A DNA stretch of 64,000 nt from NCBI RefSeq assembly GCF_009914755.1, contig NC_060948.1, one strand, 5' to 3'. A program made the translations under genes and the position numbers. Positions 16,470 through 32,504 of the stretch are shown here, one piece after another (position 1 is the stretch's first letter; each line of letters opens with the position of its first letter). This stretch comes from the human T2T-CHM13v2.0 reference genome, Homo sapiens. The notes under the pieces were generated by a model. It worked only from the letters and a program-made list of their open reading frames with translations, did not search any database and was not told the DNA's origin.

Positions 16470-19400
16470 ATTTTTAATGTAAATGTTTATTAATGCATAA
16501 TAATTGTATATATGTATGGAGTACATGCAATATTTTGATACATACATAAAATATGTAATGATCAGGTTAGGGTATTTAGAATATCCACCACATCAAATAT
16601 TTATCATTTCATTGTGTTGAAAACTTAAAATCTTCTCTTCTAACTATTTTAAAATATACAACATATTGTTATTAACTATAGTCACCCTATACTGCTATCA
16701 AACATTAGAGTTTATTCCTTCTATCTAACTATATGTTAGTACCCATTAACCCATCTCTGTTTACCACCCCCAACTTCACACAACCCTCCCAGTCTCTGGT
16801 AATTATCACTCTATTCTGTCTACTTTTCTGAGATCAATTATTTTAGCATCCACATATGAGTTACAACATTTAATATTTGTCTTTGTGTGCCTGGTTTAAT
16901 TCACTTCACATAATGACCTCCCTTTCCAGTTATGTTGATGGACACTTCATTTGATTTCATGTTACACTGTTGTGAACAATGCCACAAAAAAGCATGGAAG
17001 CACAGGTATTTATTTGATGTATTGACTTCCTTTGCAGTAGATATCTAGCAATGAAATTGTTGAATTGAATAGTAATTCTATTTTCATTTTTTTAGGAATC
17101 TTCATATTGTTTTCCACAGTGGCTGCATTAGTTTAAGTTTCCACCAACAGTATTTTAGAGTTCCCATTTCTCTCATCCTTACCAAGATTTTTTGTTCCTT
17201 GTCTGTAATAAAACCATTCTGATTGGGGTAAGGTGATAACCCATTGTGGTTTTTGATTTTGCATTTCCATGATGATTAGTAATGTTGACTGTGTTTCATA
17301 TGCCTGTTTGCCATTTGCACATTTTCTCTTTATAAAAGTCTATTAATATATTTTGCCCTGCTTTTAATGAGTTTTTTTATGTTAACATATATAAGATCTT
17401 TGTATATTTTGGATGTTTAGTGCCCTAAGAGATAAGTAGGTTGTAAACATTTCCTCTCATTTAACAGAAAGTCTTTCACTCTATTGGTTATTTCTTTTGC
17501 TGTGCAAAACTTTTTAATTTAAGTCCCATTTGTCAATTTTCATTTTTCTCTCCTGTGCTTTTGAGGTCTTAGTCACAATTTCCTCCTCTAGGCCAACATC
17601 CAAATGTATATTTCTGGGTTTTCTTTTAGTGCTTTAATGTTTCAGGTCTCACATTCCCAAATATTTCATATATCTTGAGTTGATTTATATATATTGTGAG
17701 AGATAAGAGGCACAGGTATTCTTCTGCATGTGGCTATCCAGTTTTCCAGCAATATATATTAGGACGATTTCTTTTACTGAGTTTAAATTCTTATCAGTTA
17801 TGTCAAAGATCACTTAGCTATAAATATCTTTAACTGTTACTTATGGCTGTATTCCTTATTACTAAAAGTAGTCTATGTGTCTATTTTCATACCACTAACA
17901 TGCTGTTTTGGTCACTACAGACTTGTATTTTTGAAGTCAAGTAGTATAATGCCTTTAACATTTTTCTATTTGCTCAAAATTGGTTTGTTTATATGTCCTC
18001 TTTTGCGTTTTATGAGAATTTCAGGATTAAAAAATATTCTGTGAATAATGATGTTGGTATTTTTATAGGGTTGCACTAAGTATACAGCTTGTTTTGGACA
18101 ATGTGATCATTTCAATGATACTTTATCTTTTAGACCATAAGCTTAGTCCATGTTTTCCCAGTTGTTTTTGTCATGTAAAATTTATTTCAACATTTTTTGT
18201 GTATGCAGTTTTCCTTGTATTAATTGTTCACATCCTTTTTAAAATTTAGTCCTAGGTAGTTTAATATTTTGCAGCTATTATGAATGAGATTGACTTCTTG
18301 ATTTCTTTCTCAGCTAGATGACTATTGTATGAAAATGCAAGTTGTTGTAACCTACAATTTTACTGAACTTATTTGTCAAATATAAATTTTTTGTGAAGTC
18401 TTTAGGTGTTTCTGCATTTAAGATCATATTGCCAGAAAAGAGGGACAGTTTGACTTTCTCATTTCTAATTTGGATACTTTTTATTTCCTTCTTTAGCCTG
18501 ATGGCTCTGGCTAATACTCGCAGTGTTGTGGTGAATAGGAGTGATGAACATGGGCATCTTTGTATTGTTCTATTTTTAAGAAGGACATTTAACGTTTTTC
18601 CATTTAGAGTGATGTTGGCTGTGGGTTTGTCATTTATACGCTTTATTATTCAATGTATGTTCCTCTATGTGTACTTGTTGAGTGTTTTTTTATGACAAAG
18701 TGCTGAATTTTATCAAATGCTTTTCCTGTGTCCTTTATTCTGTTGATGTGATATATTATGCTTAGTGATTTGCTTGTGTTGAACCAGTCCTGAATCTATG
18801 GTGTAGATTCCACTTTATCTTCATGCAACACTTTTTGATTTGCTGCTGGATTCTGTTTGGCGATATTTTGTTGAGAATTTTTGTATCTGTGTTCAGCAGC
18901 GATACACAACTGAAGTTGTTGTGCTATTATTATTATTGTTTTATCCTTGTTTGGTTTGGCTATCAGGATGATGCTGGCCTTCTGGAATGAATTGAGAAGA
19001 ATTTTCTCTTCTTTGATCATTTTTCAAATAGTTTCAGTAGAACTGATGTTAGTTCTTCTGTATACATGTTGCAGAATGTGGTGAAGAACCTATCCAATTT
19101 TTGGATTTTATTTGTTGGAAGACTTTTCATTATTGATTCAATCTTCTTACCCATTGTTGGTCTGTTCAGGTTTTCCATTTGTTATTGATTCAGTCTTGTG
19201 TAATTGCATGATTTCAAAAATTTGTTCATTTCTGCTAAACTTTCCAGTTCATTTATGTATGGTTGTTCATCATAGTCTCTGATAACCTCTTTGTATTATA
19301 TCACTTGTAATGTCTTTTTTTTATTTCTGATGTTCTTTATTTGGCTTTTCTTTTTCCTTTTGGTTTGTCTAGCTAGACATTTATCAATTTTCTTTATATT

Positions 19401-20286
19401 TTCAAATTACGTTTTGTTTCAATGTTTTTTTGGTCTCTTTAATTTTAGCTCTACTAAGATTATTTTTATTGCTTTATTCTGCTACATTTGGATTTTTTGT
19501 TCATGCTTTCTAGTTCCTTGAGGAACATTTTTAGATTGTTAATTTATAATATCTTTTTACTTTTTTGTGTAGGTATTTATTGGTATGAATTTTATCCTTT
19601 TAGTATTGCTTTTGCTGTATTGCACAAGTTTCATATATTGTGTTTCCACATTCAATTGTTTCAAGCAATTATTAAATAAATTTTAACAATTTTTTATTAC
19701 TTGGTGGTCATTCAAGAGTATGTTGTTTAACTTTTATGTATTTGTATAGTATAATTTCGAGAGTTTGGGTAGATATTGTTTCTACTTTTATTCTACTGTG
19801 GTATAACAAAAGTATTTGATATGATTTTGACTTTTTAAAATTTACAAAGACTGATGAATGCTGATATATGATCTATCCTGAAGAATGTTTTATGCGCTGA
19901 TTTTAAAAATGCCTATTTTGCAATTGTTGAAAAGAGTGTTCTGTAAATATCTATGTGGTTTAAAATATATCTTAACCCAATATATCTTTATTGATTTTTG
20001 GTATAAATGAGCTGTCTAATGCTGAAGCTGGGGTATTGAAGTTCTCTCAATATTATTGTATTGCAGTATATCTCTCTTCTTAGCCTCTCTTCTTAACACT
20101 GAGTGCTCCAATGTTAGATGCGTGTATGTATTTAAAATTATTACCTTCTCATTTGACTGATTCCATTATTATTAGGTAATAATCTACTTGATTTTTTTTC
20201 TTTCAGCTGTTCTTGATTTGAAGTCTGTTTTATCTGATATGAGTGCAGGTATTTCAATTGACTTTTGGTTTCTATTTGCATGGAAT

Positions 20287-20326
<40 letters not shown>

Positions 20327-23078
20327 CTTTATTTTTAGTCTCTGTGGTAAGGTGAGCTTCTTGTAAAAAGCATATCGATGGGTCATGATTAGTTCAACTC
20401 ATCCAGTCATTCTATGTCTTTTACCTGAAGATTGTAGTCCATTTACATTGAGATTTTCATTAACTGTGAGGTTTATTTCTTGTTATATTAACTATTTTCT
20501 AGGTGTTTATATATTTTCATTATTTTCTTTTTCTCATATTTCTCTCTTTATGGTTTATTGATTTCTGTGGTGACATCATTTGCATCCTTTCTTTTCTTTC
20601 TTTGTGTGACTGCTTTACATGTGAGTTTTACAATTCTGTGTGATTTTATAATGGGTAATGTCATCCTTTACTTCCAGATATAGGACTTCCTGGAAAATTT
20701 CTTGTCGGTCCAGTCTAGTGGTAACAAATTTCTTCAGAATTTCCTTGTCTTGGAAAAACATTATTTATTTTAGGAAGGATATTATTGCTGGGTATTTCAT
20801 TCTTGACTCCCAGTATTTTCTCTCTAAGCACTATGAATATATCATTTTATTATTTTCTGACTGAAACATTTAGGCTCAGAAGTCTGCATTAGTTTGGTGA
20901 TTTTTTTCCCTTTATAGGTAATTAGATGCTTTTCTATTGCTCCCTTTAAGATTCACTCTTTGTATTTTACTTTAGACAAATTATAAAATGTCACAAGTAT
21001 AACTTTTTGCACTGTGTTTACCTGGGAATCATTCAGACTCCTTTATCTGAATATATAAATATATTGATAGACTTGGGAAATCTTTATCTATTATTTTATT
21101 AAATAAAATTTCTAATTTAAAAATTTTCCATTCACCCTTATAATATTAATAATTTGCTTATTTACTTTCTGTACGTTGTCCTATATGTCATGAAGGCTTT
21201 TACTCATTTTTAATTTTTTAAAATTTTATCTAATCATGTTATTTCAAAATACTTGTCTTCGTGTTTCAATATTATTTCTTTTGCTGAGAGAGGCTATTGT
21301 AGTTTTAAAATGCATTTGTATTTTCTTCAATTATTCAGCTTCAGAATTCCTATATTTAATTTTTTAAATTATCTATTTGGTAAAATTCTCATTCATATTC
21401 TTAATTTTTTTCTGATTTGTTTGCATTAATTTTCTGGATTCCCTTGTTTTTCAAGGCTTCTTTAAAAATCAGCATTTTGAATTATTGACCCAGAATTTTG
21501 CAAATTTCATTTTAACTGAAACCTGTTACTTGAAAATTACTGTCTTTGATTAGTGGTGTTACATTTTCTTGTTTGTTATGTTTTCTCTGTCCTTACATTA
21601 ATATCTGCAAATATGGTGTAACAGTCACTTCTTCCAATTTTTTTAAACTACATTCATGGGGAGAATTTTTTCCTGAAGAATGTATATATTTTCTTGGTTG
21701 TATAGAATGATCTAACTTTAATTTTAGGTGCCTGTCATAGTGTGATCTCTGTATAAGTTGTTCAGGAATACACAGGATTAGTTGCATCTGTAATTTTCTC
21801 AGTGACTTTGTGTAGAGACTTGTGGTAAAATTTTGCTGTAGAGTAGAATCCCATGTGGGCAGTCTTTGGGCCCCAGTGGTAGCACCAGTGAGCCGAGTGT
21901 GACTGTTCATTGGTTCCAGAGGGGTTTATGCTGGCACTATACGATCCAGTTGTGGATTTTGTTGGGGGGTGGATTTTTTGACTCAAGGTAGCTTGTTATG
22001 ATAAGATGTAGGTAGTGGCAGTGATAATCCAGGCATATAGGTGATCCTTAGGACTCCTGAGCAACTGATGAGATGGGGTTGATGGCAGGAGCAGTGGTGG
22101 AGCAATTGATTAGAACCCTAGCAATTCATGCTGATATTGGTGGTGGCTGCAGTGGGTTGGGTGGGCCAGTCCTCTGGTCTACCGGTAACATGTACAGATT
22201 GATGTCAACTGGTGGTACTGGCTAGTTGTGTTAGCTTGTCCTTTCATCCAGGGAGGAGTAACTGGGCTGAAAAATTAGTAGGCCCTTGGATGTAATAGGA
22301 GCACAGGAACAGGCCAGCAGACTTGTTCTCAGACCCCTTGGTGGTGCATACAGACACTGACTGTGACTTAAAGAAAATAATATTCTTCAGGACACCAGCA
22401 GAGTGCTCAACTGTCAGCTATGACAGCTGTGCTGCATTGCTGCCACTGGGGAGTGTGAGGCCCCTGTCAGCTAGAGAAGTGTGGGGAGATAAGAGTGGAA
22501 ACTGTGGCCTGCCTTTACTTTGGTCTTGCAGCATCCTACTTCAGTGTGGTATTATTTGTTCTATGTATACATGGGAGTGCTCAGTCTTCCCTATCTTTTC
22601 TCAGACCAGTGACAGCAACAGCAGTGACCATATCATTCTGAACTCAGGACAGAACACAGATTCTGGTAGTTATCTCTCATAGAAATACCAGGCTGAAGCA
22701 ACTCTGGACTCACACGTTTGTGGTACTCTATTTGATCTCTCGTTCTGGAGCAATTTACCTTTGCAATACCTAGGCAGCTGTCTATGTCAGGTGTAATGAC
22801 CACACAAAAGGAGATGTTTTCTCACAGCTAAGATTGTTAAATCTAACGGTGCAAATGTGGAGTTCTTTCTTTTACTTTTTCCTGTGTCTAGTGTCTTCCC
22901 CTAACTCCAAGACAATTGGTTTACTCTCCTTCCTTACTTTTGGTTGTTCCTATTACATCTCTGTTGAGTCTCAATATTCCTTCTTAGATAATCCATTGTA
23001 TGAATATTTATTTGCTATTCGTGTTCTCTTGTGGGAAAAGTGCATACTAGCTGGATCTATTCAGCCATCTTGATTCCC
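16470..23078 (-). mobile_element. Near full-length, decayed L1MA (3'UTR, ORF2, ORF1, 5'UTR)
   Basis: L1MA 3'UTR at ~16.5-16.9 kb, antisense ORF2/ORF1, GC-richer 5' region at ~21.8-23.0 kb. It ends with the YY1-type 5' motif 'cagccatcttga' at ~23062-23073. Confidence 0.85.
20291..20324. repeat. (GT)17 microsatellite inside the L1
   Basis: Perfect GT run read directly. Confidence 0.95.
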
Positions 23079-23099
23079 TCTTTTCTCAAGTGGGAAAGT

Positions 23100-24875
23100 A
23101 AAATTTTATCAAATGTTTTATTGTGTATAACGAGATGACCATAAGATTTTTGTCCTTCATTCTGTGGATGTGGTGTATCATATTTATTGATTGGTGTTTG
23201 CTGAACCATTCTTGCATACCTGTAACAAATCTCACTTGATTATGTTGCATAATCTTTTTGATGCACTATTGAATTTTGTTTCCTACTACTACATTGAGGT
23301 TGTTTGTATCTATATTCATCAGGGATAATGGTCTTTAGTTTTCTCTTTTTTATTGTATTCTTGTCCTTTGTTGGTCAAGGTAATACTCACCTCATAAAAT
23401 AAGTTAGGGAGTATTCCTTTCTCCTATTTTGAAATAGTTGGAGGAGAATTGGTTTTACTTCTTTGTAATTTGGTACACTGCAGGAATTAGGCTTTCCAAT
23501 CCTAGAGTTTTTTTGCATTGGAAGACATTTATTATTAATTCAATTGTTATTGATTGTTGGTCTCTTTTGATTTTCTATGTCTCCCTAATTCAATCTTGTT
23601 AGGTTATATATGTGTAAGAATTAATTCCGCTAGTGCTTCCATGTTGTCAATGGATAGCTGCTCATAATAGTTTCTGATAATCCTTTTTATTTTTGTATCT
23701 GTTGTAACTTTTTTTTGTTTTTGATTTTATTTATTTGATTTTTCTTCTTTGTCTTAGTCCAACTAGTGGCTTATCACTTTTTCCGCAAAAAAATTACATT
23801 TTGTTATTTTTAAAATATTTTTTAAGTCACTACTTGGTTCAGTTCTCCTCTGATATTTACTATTTCCTTATTTCTATGTGTTTAGGTTTTCTTTTGTTTT
23901 GCTTTTTAAAGCTGGTTAAAAGTGCATTCTTTGGTTGTTTACTTATTTCTTGTTTGCTTTTTTGATATGAGTATTTATTGTTATAAATTTTCCTCTTAGT
24001 ACTGCTTATGCTACTTGTTACTGTTGTTTGTTCCAAAAATTATTTGAATTTTTCTTATATCTTTATTGACTCAATTGTTGCTCAGAAACATAGAGTTTAA
24101 TTTTTCTATATTTAGATGGATTCCAAAGATCCTTTTGTTATTAATTTATAGTTTTTTCCAATTGTAGTCTGAGAAGATAATTAATATGATTTCATTATTT
24201 CTAATGTTGAGACTTATTTTCTGTCTTAACAAATTATCTATCCTAGAGAATGACCCATGTGCTAATGAGAAAAACTGTATTCTGCAACTGCTAAATAAAA
24301 TGTTCTGTAAAGGTTGGTAGTTCTGTTTGGTCTAAAGTTCAGCTTAAACCAAATTGTACTTTTTGTTTTCTGTCTAGATTTTCTCTCCAATACTGAGAGT
24401 AGAGTGTTAAAGTCTCCAAATATTATTGTACTGGAGTTCATCTCTGTCTTTCAATCTAATAATATTAGCTCTATATATTTGGATGTTTCAGTGTTAGGTG
24501 AAGATATATTTAAAATCGTTATATCATCTTAATGAAGGCTCCTTTTGTATTACATAATGACTTTCTTTTTCTTCTTACTTTTTTTGGCTTACAGTCTGGT
24601 TTACCAGATATAAGCATAGCTACTCCCACTCATTTTTGCTTTTTGTTTGAGTGAAATTTCTTTTTTTTTATTTCTTCACTTTCAGTCAATATGTTCCTTT
24701 AAAAACAAAGTGAATTCCCCATTGGCTGCATATAATTAAGTCCTGTTTTTCATATTATTCAGCCAGTCTACAAATATTGATTGGAGAATTTAATCTATTT
24801 ATACTGGATGTTACTATTGATAGGTTAGGACTTATTTTTGTCTTTTGTTAATTACTTTCTCATTTTCTTATTTTT
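23100..24875 (-). mobile_element. L1M ORF2 5' half fragment
   Basis: Antisense RT-to-endonuclease sequence resembling the ORF2 part of the neighbouring L1MA. Confidence 0.75.
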
Positions 24876-25698
24876 CCTACAACTTTGTTTTAAGTGTAAA
24901 GCATAATATGCAAGATTATTACACGGGGAAAATACATGTTCCTGGGGTTTAATGTATAAATGGGTTCAGCACCCAGTTATTGAGCATAGTGCCTAAGAAG
25001 TTGTAATCATTCTCTTCCTTCCACCCTCTGCCCTCAGTTAGAACCTTGTGTCTATTGATACCTTCTTTGTGTCCATGTGTACTTAAGGTTTATCTCACAT
25101 TTACAAGTTAGAAAATGTAGTATTGGGTTTTCTGTTTTTGCTTAAAATAATGGCCTCCAAAACCTATTCATATTGCCACAAAGACTATGGTTTCATTCTT
25201 TATATGGCTATGCAGTATTTCATGGTATACATGTACCACATTTTCTTTATGCAGTTCACCTTTGATGGAAATCTAAGTTAATTTCTTGTTTTACTTTTAT
25301 GTCTTCAATCTATATTGAGTTAATTTTTGTATGTGGTAAAATATAGGCATCTTGTTTCAATCTTTTGCATATGGTTAGCCAGTTTTCCAGTACCATTTAC
25401 TGAACAGGGAGTTCTCTTCCCATTGCTTGTTATTTGTGACTTTGTCAAAAATCTTAGAGTTATAGATGTGTAGCTTAATTTCTGCGTTCTTTATCCTGTT
25501 TCATTGGTCTTTGTGTCTGTTTTTGTAGCCATACCATACTGTTTTGGTTACTGTAGCCTTGTAGTATAGCTTGTATTTGGGTAGTACCATGCTTCCTCCT
25601 TCACTCTTTTTACTCAGTTTGCTTCAGTAATTCAGACACTTTTTTAATTCTATATTAATTTTGGATTTTTTTGTTTCATAGAAATAGCATTCAATCTG

Positions 25699-25929
<231 letters not shown>

Positions 25930-25950
25930 TTAGAAAAGTTTGTTCTTCCT

Positions 25951-27588
25951 CATTCCATGCTCATGCGTAGGAAGAATCAATATCGTGAAAATGGCCATAC
26001 TGCCCAGGGTAATTTATAGATTCAATGCCATCCCCATCAAGCTACCAATGACTTTCTTCATAGAACTGGAAAAAAACTACTTTAAAGTTCATATGGAAAC
26101 AAAAAAGAGCCCATGTTGCCAAGTCAATCCTAAGCCAAAAGAACAAAGCTGGAGACATCATGCTACCTGACTTCAAACTATACTGCAAGGCTACAGTAAC
26201 CAAAACAGCATGGTACTGGTACCAAAACGGAGACATAGACCAATGGAACAGAACAGAGCCCTCAGAAATAATGCCGCGTATCTACAATTATCTGATCTCT
26301 GACAAACCTGACAAAAACAAGAAATAAGGAAGGATTCCCTACTTAATAAATGGTGCTGGGAAAACGGGCTTGCCATACGTAGAAAGCTGAAACTGGATCC
26401 CTTCTTTACACCTCATACAAAAATTAATTCAAGATGGATTAAAGACTTAAATGTTAGACCTAAAACCATAAAAACCCTAAAAGAACACCTAGGCAATACT
26501 ATTCAGGACATAGGCATGGGCAAGGACTTCATGTCTAAAACACCAAAAGCAATGGAAACAAAAACCAAAATTGACAAATGGGATCTAATTAAACTAAAGA
26601 GCTTCTGCACAGCAAAACAAACTACCACCAGAGGGAAGAGGCAACCCACAGAATGGGAGAAATTTTTTGCAATCCACTCATCTGACAAAGGGCTAATATC
26701 CAGAATCTACAATGAACTCAAACAAATTTACAAGAAAAAAACAAACAACCCCATCAAAAAGTGGGTGAAGGATATGAACAGATACTTCTCAAAAGAAGAC
26801 ATTTATGCAGCCAAAAGACACATGAAAAAAATGCTCATCATCACTGGCCATCAGAGAAATGCAAATCAAAACCACAATGAGATACAAACTCACACCAGTT
26901 AGAATGGTGATCATTAAAAAGTCAGGAAACAACAGGTGCTGGAGATGATGTGGAGAAATAGGAACACTTTTACACTGTTGATGGGACTGTACACTACTAG
27001 TTCAACCATTGTGGAAGAAGGTGTGGTGATTCCTCAGGGATCTAGAACTAGAAATACCATTTGACCCAGCCATCCCATTACTGGGTGTATACCCAAAGGA
27101 TTACAAAACATGCTTCTATAAGGACACATGCGTGCATATGTTTATTGCGGCACTATTCACAATAGCAAAGACTTGAAACCAACCCAGATGTGCAACAATG
27201 ATAAACTGGATTAAGAAAATATGGCACATATACACCATGGAATATTATGCAGCCATAAAAAAGGATGAGTTCATGTCCTTTGTAGGGACATGGATGAAGC
27301 TGGAAACCATCATTCTCAGCAAACTATTGCAAGGACAAAAAAACAAACACTGCATGTTCTCACTCATAGGTGGAAATTGAACAATGAGAACACACAGACA
27401 CAGGAAGGGGTACATAACACACCAGGGCCTGTTGTGGGGTGGCAGGATGGGGGAGGGATAGCATTAGGAGATATACCTAATGTTAAATGACGAGTTAATG
27501 GGTGCAGCACAGCAACATGGCACATGTATACATAAGTTACAAACCTATACGTTGTGCACATGTACCCTACAACTTAAAGTATAATAAA
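25951..27588 (+). mobile_element. 5'-truncated L1PA (about PA4-PA6)
   Basis: ORF2 C-terminal peptides (ORFs at 26516 and 27198), 3'UTR and polyA. TSD AAAAGTTTGTTCTTCCT (25934-25950) versus AAAAATTGGTTCTTCCT (27589-27605). Confidence 0.95.
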
Positions 27589-28004
27589 AAAAATTGGTTC
27601 TTCCTTTAATGAACATGAACTGTTTCTGTATTTGTTCATGTCATAAGTGATGATTTTCATCATCAGTGTTTTGTAATCCTTTTTAGAAACCATTTACCTC
27701 CCTGTTGACCTGGATCCTTGGATATTTTATTATTTTTGAGGCTATTGCAAATGGAATTGTATTTTTGATTAGGCTCTTAGTTTGAATGTTATTAGTGTAT
27801 AAAAGTGCTGTGATTTTTGTGTGTTGCTTTTGTATGCTGAAACATTGCTGAAGTTGTTTATCAGTTTTAGAAGCCTTGAGGCATAGTCTATTAGGTTTTC
27901 TAGGCATAGAATTATATAATGTAAAAAGAGAGATAGTTTGACTTTCTCTCTTTCTATTTGAATGTGTTATATTCATTTTGTTGCCGATTGTTCTGGCTAG
28001 GACA

Positions 28005-29820
<1,816 letters not shown>

Positions 29821-29834
29821 GTTTATTCCATGTG

Positions 29835-30280
29835 TTTCAGATCTACAACATGATGCTTTGATTTATATATACATTGTGAAATAATTACTACAGTCAAGCA
29901 ATGATTGTATTTATAATCTCATGAAGTTATCTTATTTTGTTGATTGGATATAACATTTATTACATTAGCAAATATCTAAAATATTAAAAAATTAACTATA
30001 GTCTTCATGCTGTACCTTAAATTTCTTTACTTATTTATCCTACATAACTATAACTTTGTGCTCTTTACCTATGGCTTCATAACCTCTACCCACACCTGGT
30101 AGCAACCATTCTACTGTCTATTTATTCAATATTTCTTCAGTTTCTGTATGTAATGGAAATCATGCAGCATTTGTTTCTGTGTTGGGCTTAATTTACTTAG
30201 CTTAATTTTCTCCAGGCTTATGTATTTTGTAAAAAATGACAGGATTTACTTATTGATTAGGGATGAATAATATTTGATTA
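29835..30280 (-). mobile_element. L1MA (about MA8-MA10) 3'UTR fragment
   Basis: 'tacaacatgatgctttgatttatatatacattgtgaaataattactacagtcaagc' and 'attaactatagtcttcatgctgtac'. Confidence 0.75.
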
Positions 30281-30281
30281 T

Positions 30282-30910
30282 ATGAAAAGCCTTCAAAAAG
30301 ATCATGTAAAATGTATATTATTTTAAATCTACACATGAATTTCAAAAACGTTTGCCCCAAATACATGAGTACTATCTTATTATAACACAACTGAACAATA
30401 TTTAGTTTAAGGTACTAAGAAGTGTAGTATATTGGTTTGAAAAGAGTCCCTGTCAGAGCAACATCAATTCTGTGAAAACTGAAACAAAAACAAATATCAA
30501 ATTTATAGTGAAGCTTGAATGAAGGAATAATACAATCATTGATGCTTCAAAAAAGTTTTCTATCTGTTAAAATTATTTGAATAAATGTTTTAGGATCTTC
30601 ATCCCACTTATTTAAAATTTTTATTGAATGCTCTTCTCTTATTGTTAGCTGACCTCGGTACAACAGTTTGGGACCTCATTCAATTAGAAGGTTTGCTCAA
30701 CTTTAATTTTTTAGTCAAAATTTAGTAAGTTAAAGTAGTTGAGATGTCTGTGATGTTGGCCGTTGTGTCTGACGTTAATCATCCGTTCTTTTTAGGACAT
30801 TATAAAGATTAATTTTTTTCTTGAAAATATGTGTGGATGGTCGGCTGCTAGAGGGTTAATTTTTAACATCTGATTTCTTCTTAAAATGAGATATGTTTGT
30901 AAACTGCTGA
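30282..30910. mobile_element. HSMAR2 mariner fragment: left end on + (30282-~30558), next transposase segment inverted (~30560-30910, -)
   Basis: TIR-like 'cttcaaaaagatcatgtaaaatg' and 'gtttgaaaagagtccctgtcagagcaacatcaattctg'. The minus strand reads 'atcagcagtttacaaa...gaccatccacac...aaattaaagttgagcaaac...aagtgggatgaagatcct'. Confidence 0.85.
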
Positions 30911-30911
30911 T

Positions 30912-31023
30912 AAGACAACATAAAAATATATAAATTGTGATATCAAAAATTTTAAATATGTGAGGGAGTAAAAGTGTAAAGTTTTTGTATGTAATCAAAG
31001 TTCAGTTGTTATCAGCTTAAAGT
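30912..31023 (+). mobile_element. L1M inter-ORF fragment
   Basis: 'taaattgtgatatcaaaaa...aaagttcagttgttatcagcttaaa'. Confidence 0.55.
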
Positions 31024-31039
31024 AGCCTCTTTTAGCAAG

Positions 31040-32495
31040 GCACAACTCATTCTCAGCCTCTTTTAGCAAAGAACAACTCACTCTCACCAAGGGCTCTGGA
31101 ATCCCAGGAGGTTAGTTCATTACCACCATGGACATGTGAGTTGGCAGGGAGAGCTGCTTAGAGAAGAAGTAGGAACAGAACTCCAGCCAGTGTGATTCCT
31201 AGAGGGTTTGTTGTCTGTAGTGGAGCATGGGCAGGCACACCCATTCCCTAGGCCTGACTTGCTGCTGTAGGATACTTTAGCCATAGGGGAACTGTCAGAC
31301 CTCAGCTTTGCAGGGCCATCTTGCACATGAGATAGGGCTGGTCTAGCCTGAGCACCCTTCAGTCGGCTGTCCCCTGCTGGGGCCCCAGACTGGCCATGCC
31401 TGCTTGCAGTGCAGCCTTGAGTGCCCAGGTGGGAAGTACCTCCTGGGACCCATATCGTAGTTCCTGTGCCGGTGGAATGCATTTTACTGGCAGAGAGCTC
31501 CAGCAGAGTGTTGCTTTAAGAAACACACCATCCTGCCAGCTCTCTCCCCGCACTGCACCCTCCCCCATATCAATTTGCCTGCATGCACTGGCTCACAGTT
31601 ATCTCCAAATTTCCTTGACAATGCAGGTGTGCACAAGAGGACCTGGCCTTCCCATCTCTGCCAGTGTGTGTATGTGCACGCACATGCCTGTGTGCACTCT
31701 GCCATGCCACTACTGCCAGTGTGAGTGCATTCTGCTTTCCATGTCTGATGAACTGGCATGGCCATAGGAACATTGGTGGGCACAAAGTACACCAGCTCCA
31801 CCCCTGCTAGCACCCTGCCCCTGTGCAATGCTGCCACCAGTGTGAAACTAGCCATGGAAACCAGTGGACACACCCCAGCCCTGAGCATCCATAGCCATCC
31901 ATGTGAATGAGAACAGAGGGTGCACACAGCCCTGCACCCACCAGCATTCCACCCCCATGCTAACATATCCACTGGCACAAATGCTTACACAGACACCAGC
32001 AGGGGCACCCCACCCAGCTGTGCCATGCTAACACCAACTACTACTGTAAAAAACTGCACAAAGGCCAGTACCCTGGGACCTGCAACAGCCAACAGGAATA
32101 CACTCCATTTCATTGCCACTAGCACCGGAAAACAAGGACTGGTCCCCTTCCTTACTAAGCACTTTGGATGGCACCAACCATTGGATACAGTGACCAGAGG
32201 CCTGGAAGCACCTCAGTCTCTCTAGCACAGCAGATCCCAAACTTGGAGGAGCCAGAGAACAAAGCTGGGACTGCTTAACATTCACCCATAATTACAGGAT
32301 GCAGTTCAGAATTCCCGAGCTTAGCCTTACCTCCCAAATAAGACCTTTCAGAAATGAAGCCAGTCAACTGAACCCACCTAATACCACTATCCAACCCCAA
32401 ATGAAATCAAATAGGATAAAGAGAAAAACAAAAACTATCAAAGGACACAACTTCAAAGACAGAAGGAACATCAGCCCACAAAGATGAGTAAGAAT
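31040..32495 (+). mobile_element. L1PBa-type 5'UTR up to the ORF1 start
   Basis: 'ttggcagggagagctgcttagaga', a degenerate C-rich tandem region, then 'agaaatgaagccagtcaactgaaccc' and 'aaggaacatcagcccacaaagatgag'. Confidence 0.75.
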
Positions 32496-32504
32496 GCACC
32501 AAAA

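Noticed and set aside
31120-32285. Overlapping ORFs in GC-richer DNA as a gene or CpG island
   Set aside because: This is an L1PBa-type 5'UTR with a degenerate tandem region and depleted CpG.
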